DNA of 64,000 bases from Botryllus schlosseri (Eukaryota), in NCBI GenBank assembly GCA_051294905.1, contig CM119371.1, forward strand, positions 26,414,001-26,478,000. Reading direction: 5' to 3'. The translations under genes and the position numbers were made by a program. Below are positions 12,301 through 23,852 of the stretch, piece by piece. Each line of letters opens with the position of its first letter. The stretch's first letter is position 1. The notes beneath the pieces were generated by a model. It saw only the letters and a list, made by a program, of their open reading frames with translations. It made no database searches and had not been told where the DNA came from.

Positions 12301-15141
12301 AGATTTCTCCCAAATCTACTTGAACTGTAGTTTGGAAAAATCTGGATCTGGATTTTGAAAATTGGCTCTGTTTTGAGTTCGCTTCAATAGCACCGAGAAG
12401 AACATAATTGCGGATATTGTACCAATTTGCAGTGTCAATGCGATTATTTCTTGACCTAATAAACGGACTGTTTTGCACCTAAATATCAAAATTTTGACAT
12501 TTTCTGACATTGAAGAACTAAATTTTGACAAAATTCTGTGCTTTCAAGTATTCAAATTAGGGATTGTTGCGCCTAAGAATAGCATTGTAGTACATTTTTG
12601 GTTGAAACTGTCCGTCATTACGAAGTAGGTTGGCAAGAATAGAGAAAAAACGTTCAACAGCAGCAATTGTTTGCTGACAGCATGGACGCTCAGTGTATTC
12701 TGCCGGAGTGCTAGTAATAGACCTGTTGCTTCATACCAACAATGTTTTCTACGTCGACCTTTTTAGTACTCAATCCAAAATGACTTATTGGGCAATATCG
12801 AAAAATAATCGCCCTATATAATCATTACTTATCATTGCTCACATTGATTTAATTGCAAAGATAGTTTGCGGACAAGAATCAATCATTTTTATGACAGTAA
12901 TTGTCGCTACAAATCTAGTCGAATGAGCACCTGTCATGGTTAGTAAATACATTTTCAGAAATTGTACCATATTCGCAGTATCGTTAGTCACTTTGTTTTG
13001 GCCGTGAAGATGCACCTAGCAATGTCAATGGTAGCCATCTCCGCGTGACTGTTAAAGGTCTGCAACCCCGCGAACAGTACTTTCTGGAATACTTTTCAAA
13101 TCTTTCTTTTTTTCTCTATTTGAAGAAATTTTGATATCCCTTGGAAATTTTACTTCAGCTTGTAATTTAGTATAAATTTACGGCATTACTTCTACCAAGA
13201 GTGGCTTTTCCGCTCTCCCATTGATCACCTCTGGCTGTCGAGTATCTTTTTTCTCGAATGACATTTGAACCATCTCGATCTGCAGGAAATGAAATTAGTG
13301 TCATAGAAGACGGAGCATTTGAGGGCCTGGATGAACTGCAAACGCTGTACCTGGACGGCAATAAATTAACCGTTTTGAAAACATCCATATTCGCATCTCT
13401 CCGCAATCTTACAGTTTTAACGCTGTCTCATAACAACCTGACTCGCTTTCCAACTTTCCAAACGGTAAGTGTAATCTTACTCGGCAGTATACATGAACGG
13501 CGATATTTGTATATTCTACAGAGTTATTTTCCGCATTTACATACTTTGGACATCAGTCGCAACCACATCCCGTCTATTAAAGATTTGGATTTATCAACAA
13601 TCCCGAGGCTTCAGTAAGTCCTTTTGTGATTTTGTGTCATTGTAAATTATTAAAAAATATGTAAACGTCCTTGATATAGATATAATCAATTATTGAGCTG
13701 AGTATATCCGTTTTTGGTTTAGAAACTTGATCTTGAAGAACAACGAATTGCTCTCATTGCCAGAAGGTGCATTTAGCATGAACGAAGAATTAAGGATGGT
13801 CGATCTTTCAGGCAACAACTTGACGGAAATAGAAAGACATATGTTTACGAATTCCTGGTAATGTGGAACATTCTATTCGATAAAACCGTTTAACTCCGAA
13901 TGGATTGCTTGTGTCCAATCTCAATTAATAATTAAATAATCGCGTCATACATTCGGTGCTTTTTTGTTGCAGCCATTTGGAGGAATTGAATTTGAGCGAT
14001 AATCGCCTGACCGTCTTTCATCTTGATTGGTACTCATCAGTCATTCGAAACGGACATCCCAGTGACGATGATATCAACAGAAACAAATGGGACTGTACAT
14101 GTGATCTCTATCATCTCCACGTAAGGATGCCCTAGTACCGATTTTTAATAACGGGAGCCGCGTTAACTTAACGAGATTGGGACTAACCGATGCCGATCTA
14201 GCTAGCTAATACCTGGCTGTGTATGAGGTATATCACACATTCTAACATATTGATTCAAACATATTCGTCTGGATATTACGGTGACCACGGTTAAAGAAAA
14301 TTTTAGAGCACATTCTGCCCTATAGATATGAGTTCATTGTAGTCATCGTTTAAATTCAATTATAAGTAGAAATTACGTCGTTAATTTGTACTCAAGTACA
14401 GGAAGGCTATAAGGAGTGATATACAAGTAATTACAAATGTTAATATGCAAGGCCTGCTATTGCATAAAAAAATCAAGACTGTTAAGTATAGAAGTTGAAT
14501 CAGTGTAAATCATAACCACTGGAGTAACTAAAGTAATCATTATGACGACTTTGGCATCATATTTTTACGGCAGCAAATTGTAGGGGTTAAGAGCGTTTTT
14601 TGCAAACGATCATTAGATATTTTCGGTGGAATCAAACGAATGTCACCTTTATATTGTTTACATGCTCATAAATAGCTGAATTTCGCAGAAAATGCTTCGA
14701 CACAAGAAGGCGAGGAGGCAAATGTTCCATCCCGAATGCTACACCGGACTGGATGCCGAAGGACACCTAACTAAATGTAGACATTCTCAACCACACCTTG
14801 CCACGGCATATCACTGCAAAACGAAAACGACCACAAAAAGCTACGTTAGACATGTCAACAAAGCGGCATACGACAGATCCGTTGTGAGGAAGCAAATGGA
14901 ACTAACCACCATATCACCACGAACCACGATCTTACCATCAACGGAGGCAGTGACAAAGAACGCATCTACAATTGTAATGCTAGTCACCTTCATCACAGCA
15001 GGGATTCTGGCAACAATTTTGACAATGATTATGGCAGCTGTTTGCGTTAGGAGACGGTATAGCAAGAAGCTCGAGAAACAGAGAAGTGTAGAAACAGGAC
15101 GTCACGACTTCATTCACATAGCGGATCCAACCCCGGCGTGA
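9308..15141 (+). CDS. LRR single-pass transmembrane receptor-like protein, paralog A (9 coding exons, 534 aa)
   Basis: Exons 9308-9393, 10997-11175, 11555-11710, 12033-12209, 13286-13464, 13522-13613, 13723-13857, 13973-14120 and 14689-15141. All introns are GT-AG with consistent phases, giving a 1605-nt ORF. Signal peptide MGKLIILILWVGACVA; LxxLxLxxN repeats such as LKVLLLSSNLL and LQTLYLDGNKL; LRRCT-like NKWDCTC; Thr-rich stalk; TM IVMLVTFITAGILATILTMIMAAVCV followed by RRR. Confidence 0.92.
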
Positions 15142-17148
15142 TTTACCTGCTTTTTAAGGGTTGTCACACAAATAGCAGAGTGGGTCCAGTAGTCGACGTT
15201 GGGACTCGCATAGATTTAATTTTCTACTCAATCAAAAGTAAAAATAGAGATTACTTCAAGCGGAAGTAGAAAATTAAGATTTTAAAACTACTAACATGAT
15301 TAGTTTCAAGACGTAGTTGGTCGATATGTCGCAAAACTTTACTAGTCGATCGAAGATAAATACGTTGGAGCTTTCCGAGTGAATCTTCAATACTAACGCA
15401 GAATGACTATGACACCGCAATTTACGAAAGATAAATATTCAGTTACTGTCATACATGAGCCACTGCTTCATTTCGGTATGATAAAATCACGAAAAACATG
15501 ATGAAAGTATATGGTTGAACTCTAGTGAAATTTAAAATCCTTAAGTCTAAAAATTACTAAGCTTTGAATAAAAATCATTTAAGTATAGAAGTGGAAGTAG
15601 ACAAACATAAAAAGCGGGTTCAGTACCGCAAGTAGGCGAAGGCTAATTTAGTACTCAGAAAAAATACAATCACTTCGTTAGCAACTGCCATTGATATTCA
15701 GGAATTATCACATTCCGTGTAGTATGTCCATCTTGCCTCATTCTCTTACATTTTACGTATAAGACTGCTCTATCTTTCGATACGCGAATTAGGCTCACAA
15801 GGCGCTTTGCCTGTCCGTATCCCCGCGACCTGTATCACTTGTTATACGTATTGTTATACGGCCGGAGCCAGATCGGAGCCGGACCAGAGAATTGGCAAAC
15901 CGGATCGGAGCCGGACCAGAGAATTTGTCGATCCGCTTCGCACTACCGCGCAGTGACGAATACCGATAATATGACTATGCAATAAGGTTTGTCCAGAAAA
16001 AAACACATCTCCCTGTGTTGATATAGAAATCAATATATTTTTTTACTATGACGTCTATCTCGGTTTTGATAATACACCCAGTAAAAATATGTATCATCCA
16101 ATAGAGCGCTTGAAACACTACTTGGACAAGTTCGCCAAAATGTAATTTGCCCGTTCATGAATAGCCAATATGGAAATGATATATTTTGAGTTTTATGTAA
16201 GAATCACTTATTATGAGAAATATATACCAACATATACAGCCTGTACATAAACTACCTTTATATATTAAGTCAGTGAATTAGTATAGCTATCCTCAACCAA
16301 TACGATGCATGTAGGTAGAGTTGTTGTCGTTGTTGCTTATTTATGAGCTGTGGGTCATTTTTACCACAGTCTATAATGGCGAAGTATGCGTGTAGTGTTA
16401 GACTAAAATCTTGGTTCTGGAGAAAAAAAATCATTTATTATCTCCAAATAACTACCCACATCTTCCAGAGAGCATTTCGCACTTTCATCGTGATAAATTT
16501 TCCGGTATCAGTTTACGCTTTCGTCAGTAGCCCATATTTCATGTTTTTACGTTGCTCATTCGAGCGGTTATCTTGAGAGTCCATTTTTGTACAGCAATAA
16601 ACAGCGTCACTGTCAGCGTCTAGTCACTGTCACCAAACTTTTACGAAGCGTGAATAAACGGAGTGATATCTTGCATCTATTCTCATCTAATTATTTCAAG
16701 CGGAAATACTTAACCATACATACCGGTGAATCTTTCTCACTTTTGTCTCAGTAATTCACCTGTGTCAGTTCTACTTTAGGTCTCTAATAACTAGTTATCA
16801 TGTATTTGCTTGTAATATATCGGTGTTCTTCATAGATTCAGCGCATTATAGTCGGTGTTTGTACTAAATGTAACGATGAATTTCCTTAAAACATAAACAG
16901 CTACGCAGGGCCGTAACTGTTGCACCCCAAATCCCCCAAATGGGGGGGGGGGGGCGAGCTCGAAGGGGGCACAAAATTTTTCGGTGGATTAGCATAAATT
17001 ACAGAGTATCTTTTTCAAATCTTTGCAACTTTTTCAAAATTTTTTCGCGATTTCAAGTTACCAAATATCATGGTTCTTGGGTACTCTTCCCACAAGGAAA
17101 CATACGCAAGCTTTATAAAAATGGGCATATCGCCGTAGGTCATTACCA

Positions 17149-17559
17149 AGGGTTAGCATATTGGGGAAATCTGGAAAGAGGACACTTTTTCAGAATTGTC
17201 AGACTTGCTAAACCGGAGAAGAATCTCAAAAAATGGTAAATTTCTCCCACATTGTGGTCGGTTACCTTAAAAAAGGTCATCTCTCTCGCTCAGAGCCCAA
17301 AATACAGTTCTTCCCTTCACATTGTCAGGTGGTTGACTAAACAGAAAGATCAACTTCCCACTCAGTTCCCGAAATACCCGCCGGAGCGTCACTTCGGTGA
17401 TGATTTACGGCATTTCAGTCGTATTTTGCTATAAATATGACCAAAATTCTCAAAAAAGAGGACATAATCTCAAACAAGAGGGCGTCCTCCGAGGATACTT
17501 TCAAAAAAGTCAAAAAAAGATGACAAATCCTCTTAAAAGAGGACGGTATGGTAACCCTA
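17149..17559. mobile_element. Second copy of the 1492-1921 MITE family, nested in a copy of the 4328 family starting at ~16906
   Basis: Ends AGGGTTAGCATA / TATGGTAACCCTA, near-perfect TSD CATTACCA / CATTACCG, and internal similarity to 1492-1921. Confidence 0.75.
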
Positions 17560-19849
17560 CATTACCGAGCCACGACGCACCAAGACCAGGGACATCTAGT
17601 CTAGATATCCCTGACCAAGACATATGAAGTTTTAGGCCATGTGACACGCAACACCAGTGAGTGTGCCACAACGATCGGCAGCGAGAAAAGGACTGCCCAC
17701 AACACCCAGGATATAACCAACTATGCCTCACGAGGCCTCAAATGCCAATGCCACAATTTTCTGTCACGAATCACCAACGGGTCATGTTTTATCATCATGA
17801 ACTAGAAATGGGACGTAATAGCTGGTCTTCTACCGCATGGTAGCTTTTACAAGTGATGTGATAGTGAGATTTGCTAATAAATCAGGTTTTTGTAGTAGTT
17901 TTAGGGTGAACTTCAAGTTCTTGAATCTAAAAAAAGATATGGCGTTTGAATATATCGTCGAATACTTGAAATCCCAAAATACCGTCGCGGGGGGCACTAA
18001 ATGTTCTCGTGGGCCGCATGTGGCCCGCGGGCCGCGTGTTTGAGACCTCTGGTTTAATTTATCATCATGTTCCGCGCAACGCTTTCTTTGCTAAGCTATT
18101 TTGAATACTTCGTTTTCATTTCACACTTCTCATATTTATGTTGGCAAGGATTTCGCGTTTAAAACAAATTTGTGTTAAATGTTTACGTGTCTATAATGTA
18201 ACATTTTAACTTATACCTTCTTCTGTTAGGCTGAGCGACATTGAACAAAATTATGCTTTCTTAGTTAGTTGTAAGAGCCTCTATTTCAACTTTGGTATTG
18301 TATTTTAATAGTATTTAAAACGGCTGTCATTGCAAGAACCTTGAATTCAAATGAAAATACCATCTTCATAAAATTTACGACATGCAAGAACAATTAAGCT
18401 ACCGCAGAACCTAATTTATTTGTGTTCTAGACAATAATGACCAAAGCTAGCATAATTGAATATTCGGTGAAGAAAAAACTTGACCTGATTGAAAAAAATG
18501 CTGGTTGCCTTTTTTGAGTTCAGCGCAAAAAATTGACTCAAAAATAGTTATAACATATTTGACCTTTGAAAAATAATTTTCTAACGCACAACAGTGTTAT
18601 TATTATCGGAGTGTTTCGGACCGGATAACGTTCATTTCTAGAATCGGGTCTAGGAGTCGAACAGGAGTCGGAATAGAGCTTTAAAAACAGGATCGGAGTA
18701 GGACCAGAGAATTTTTCGATCCGCTCCGCACTACCGGCAATCCGCAACATGACGCTTTCGACAGGGCTGCGCAAATTTTCAACTTTGTCGCTAGTTGCGA
18801 GCGAGGTCGAAGCAGTTACTGATCGTAGTCTCTATGTCACCACTCCAGTTTGTCCCGTCACTGCGTGTTCCAGCTTCTATAATGGTTTCTTCGTTAAAGT
18901 TATAATGATTTGAGACCGTTTTAAAACGTAATGTATATTAACTGCAAGAACGCATTCTACTGTAAGAAGTACCGGTACTTGGTAATCAACAAAAACAAAC
19001 CAGTATCGCTTCTGAAAGTCACAGACATTGCATGTCTATGGAAATATTATGCCTTGCTTGGTTTACTTTACGCATTGGTTGGAAACTGGGAAAAGCACTT
19101 ACTACTTTTAATCGAGGTGTGTCATGAGATTTCAGAGATGTAGGCCTATATTTCAGGCACAGGTACATATCGGAGCGCGGCGTCTGAAAATATCACTGTC
19201 GACTTAATTGGCAGTATCAGTGTAATTCATGATGCAAGATTTCGTCTATTCTCCTCTTTACCATACTTTGGAACGAAATAGTGGGGATTATGAGATTCAG
19301 TAGAAATGGAATATGCATAATTATAGAGGAGGGTGAAGCTCCCGAGAGCTAAAATAAACCAAACCCATGGATCAATTTCAATGCTAATACCTACGGGCGA
19401 ATCGAAGAATGAAATGGAAAGACTCCCAGAATTTATCTTTGAACATTGTTATGACCTTTTCCATTTACAATTAAATTATATTGCATTTGAGAGTTGTTCT
19501 CTACCTTGTGGAGAAATTCATGTACAATTGATTGACAGCTGATGCAGTCATTGAGGCCATGAGAGACAGAAAGTTACACCTAGAACTCTAGAAATCTGAA
19601 TCAGCAACCGGAAATAACGCCCGTCCCGCGCAGATTCTGCGCTTTCAGCATTGAAATATGCCATTGGTTCGTAATGGAAAACTGTGTACATATCAGACGT
19701 CACCTAATTCATTGGCAAAAATCCGTGCCCCTCGAAATATTCATATTTACGTTATCCATAGAGACGTGCGATGTGTATCCACTTCGAAAATTCGGACAGA
19801 ACACGCAAGCGATGTAGTCGCCGCATGTGCGCATTGCCGAGTACTCATT

Positions 19850-22070
19850 CGACACCAGTGTACATTGCGTCGCGACTTACGACGCGCGACTTACGATAGT
19901 GACGACCGGTTTACACTGAGTGGAAGCTACGCTAAGCTAAGCAAAGCTAAGCAAAGCTAAGCGAAGCTGAAGTTTACACTGCCGGCGTAAATCGTGTGCA
20001 GCCACGCGTGGCCAGCGATAGTTCGTTCTTAAATTGACGTTTCTTATCCGGGCCACTAATCACTAGCTCATAACGGTACATTTATGCAAACTTCGTCGAT
20101 GGCTGCCGGGTGATTGATCGAATCTATAAGGCAATGCACTGTACTCAAAGTCTTCTATCAACAGATGAATCAGTCTAAAAAGATAACGATGCTAATTTGT
20201 GGAGACTCCACAAGATCACTGGGATTTCTTCGTATATACATCTGCTCGCCTGTACACTATCCCTTACCAGCAGTTTCCCCTTGTTGTTATTGACCAAATG
20301 TATATCACAAATCTCTGGGAATTTAATATTCAGAATATCACGGCATTAGTATTCATATAAAAGCAGTCTGAAATGTCATATTGAAATTTGTTTCAAATGG
20401 TCATAACAAGCGGAATTTTTCTTCTTTAATTATCACTTGACCACAAAATCTGTCAATGTCAACTATTCCTGTATGAAGAATCAGCTACTGCTAATAGCAT
20501 AACACTAAAATACTTCTTATGGTTGAAATAAAATGAGCCAAAATTGTGTGGTGCTTTCAACAAATACATGTTTTTCCATCGTAGATTCAATATAATTTGG
20601 AAAATGACATATCATGTTGAAATAATCCGCAATCTTTAGCATACACTTGATAAAAGAAGCAATTTGTGAAACAGCAAATTACCACACACTACGCCAATGT
20701 CATCAGGTCTGAACTTGTATGAAGCATCACATCAGCTACTCCAGCACAATATCAATATGCTTTTTATAATTGCAGAATATTGGGATAGAGATGACTGGCC
20801 TGGTGGGAACTTGCAAGTTGTACCATAACGTGCTTTCCATCTATAGATCCGATACTATTCGGAAAATGACATATCCTGTTGAATTCATCTGTGATCGTTT
20901 TGTATCCATTTCGTCGTGAACCAAGGATGGAGTAGGCTGCATCCCACAATGAATAATTTTCGCAACAGAGGAGATGCTCATTCGGTACGAAAATCCAATC
21001 GTTTGATAATAGTCGCCAGTCACTCAATATCTGTAAACTAATGAGGACATAGAACGACAGTGTTTCAGACAATAATTTTCTGACACTTATCACAATTTCA
21101 CTCATTCAAGTGATACAAGCTTATCCAAAACTGTACTCCCCATTTTATATGGTTCAAACACAAAAAAGTGAGTGGTTTTGAATAGTCACATAGTTATTAT
21201 CTTTTGTGTGACATGAAAATATGTATTTTTGGACAAAAACTATTTCGTAGCGACTAAAAAATACAATGTGACTCCCAGTCTTTGGTGCAAAGGAATATAT
21301 TCTCGTCACCACACTATTCGACTTGGTTATTGAATCGTATTCGGGTACCCTAATCGTGATGCCTACCCCTTGTTGTGGAGACAGCCAGCATGCACAAAGT
21401 AGAGCAAGACAGACGGGTTGGATAACGGCCTAGTTGACTCTAAAATTCTGGACATCTAGCAATTTTGTATTGAGAATTCAAAAAAGCAATGCTAAATTTT
21501 GGGTGAAAACAAGTTTGATATTGCACAGCCACATTATTTCACATGACACTTGAGAAGACATGACCAAACCGACCAGGTTACGTTTATCATCATATATTTG
21601 GTGTGTCAAGACGTTTCCTACTGCACGCCTATGTGCAGTGAACAAAATCTCTGGTATGCTGTGCAGTGTGCACACGACAACGATTCCATATTGGCAAACC
21701 GGTCGCATGTCTATATATTTGAAGTTTCTCGTCTCTTCATTGTTGGGTGAACTCATATTTTCTTTTCCTTGGAATCGATCACATGAAGTAGTCTCAACGC
21801 CATAAGCAGTAGCCAGCTATACATATCTCTTTCGACGTCTTTTCAACGGAACCGGTATCGCGACCTCATTCGATCTCGGGTTGCCGCCTCTGTGCGCTTC
21901 CCTGCGCCACGAAAAAAAACGTTCCGTGAGCATTTTATAGCGTTGCCTGGCGAAGCGTAATGAGGCGTAACGAGGCGCTCAAAATAGTAATAAACAGAGC
22001 TTTCGCCTTCAGTGTAAACCAATCCCAGTCCTTGTGATGTCGCGTCGCGAGTGCAGTGTGCATCGGGCTT
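19850..22070 (-). mobile_element. Degenerate PIF/Harbinger transposon with transposase remnants
   Basis: Minus-strand fragments KRKYxVHP (~21760), TGDYYQTIGFSYRMSISSVAKII, CHFPNSIGSIDGKHV (~20850) and KAPHNFGSFYFNHKKYFSVMLLAVADS (~20520) match Harbinger DDE transposase motifs. Inverted GGTTTACACTGA (19908) / TCAGTGTAAACC (22009) lie near the ends. Confidence 0.8.
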
Positions 22071-23852
22071 ACACTTCCGGCGATTTGATTGATGCGACTT
22101 TTGCGAATGCGATTATGGCTGAACATGACCACTTAAGGTCACTACAGGTGTTGAAGCTGAAATTTAAAGTCTAAAGTTCTGCTTTAACGCCCGATAAAGG
22201 AGCAGATCTCCGAAAGCTCGTGTAACTAATAAAGTTATATTCGTACAAGTGGACTTTGCTTTAGTGTGTGAAGATACCAATGCCTTACGTATCGTCTGCT
22301 ATCGACGCAACAAAGTATTCACTTTAAAAAGAGAAACTTCTTTCTGATGCGTTTGGTTCTTATAAAAGACGCGAAGGAACTGATATGTTCCAGTCTTTGT
22401 TAGTATCTATCTCGATATAATGGTCGCGAAACAGATACTGCTCTGCGTTCGAAGCTCATGCTGGATATTGCATGGACTCGAATTGAAATCAGTCAGGTGT
22501 TCGATTTATTCAGCTCGTTTTGTGTCAACAACCATTTCCACTACCTATTTGTAGGTACTTATCCGACAGCAGTTGTTATTTAACTTACCAGTAACTCGTA
22601 TCGTACATAAAACTGAGTGACTGCGGTAATCCCCAATTAGCACTTCTCGTTTCCCCCAATTCGCCGAGCATAAAAGCGGGTACTGCCAGCCTCACATTAG
22701 TCAGCATATCAAGGAACATGGAAAGTACACAAGCTGCTTATCAAATAGAAGCACGTGGTTACCTGCGCATATCTCGTTGATTAAAACCGTCGAAGCGTTC
22801 GCAATGAACGCTATTTTATGACGCTGTTTATAATATGCGGTACGAGCAAAATTGCTTTGCGAAGATGCTACCATAATTAGGTACCAGCATTTCAGCCACA
22901 TAACTATACGAGTTCTACATGGATTCGATTTAAACCATGTCTTCTGAAATAACGGTAATACCGTATCAGTTCTCGCGTTTTAAGTGTTTCGCAGCATGAC
23001 TTCCGTATCCCATGCAGAATAATAAATCGATGTATTTGTGAGTTACGTGACCAGGATTTAAGTCAATGATAGCTAGAGGCTACGCAGATATTATACTGTC
23101 AATTCTATGGTGTATTTCGCCAATATAATCCGTGGTGATATCATTAAGGATCGAGGAAATTTTGCGAATTGTGTAAGCTTGAGGAGAGTGACACTATCTT
23201 CGAGGCAAAACCTTGTAAATCAACATTATACCGTTCTGCAGACTACACAATAGTACGTCCTTCCGCAGGAAGAGCATTCATGAGATGTCGTGCAACGAAA
23301 TTCCAAATAAAATTGGCGAAGCTCACAGTTACATCGTATAATCTTATCTTAATAAGACAAGACAACATTTTTAAGAGCACGTTGTGTCCCGTCGCTTTAT
23401 TAGAAGTCACTTGGATCGGCCTTTGACGGAGAACTATTTCAATACACCTTAGCTAAAATATTGTTACACCACGTCTTCCCTAATAAAGACCGCAGATGTA
23501 AACGGATTTGTGAACAAAAAGTTATAGGAATCTGATAACGTAGTCTACGTTATGTGAATAAATAGCTGATCACGGTGGTGTCAGACCATATCACACAAAG
23601 ATCATACCAATGTAGGCCAATTCAATTGTACCTGTGTCAATTCTGTAGGCCATCCCTTCGCGCAATAAGTAAATATTTTGCATTTTGCTAAACGAGAAGT
23701 ATGTCAGGGACTGGACATCTCACTGTAGCACAAAGAGTCACGCTTTTAACATTGGCGTATTTTTCAACAAATTCAAGAAAATATTTAGCCAGGTAGTGAT
23801 ATAGTGATATGTTGCATATTTTCTCAGGTGATGCATATAAAGTGTTATTGTG

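Noticed and set aside
19925..19968. (GCTAAGCAAA)n short repeat as an independent element
   Set aside because: It lies within the subterminal region of the Harbinger element.
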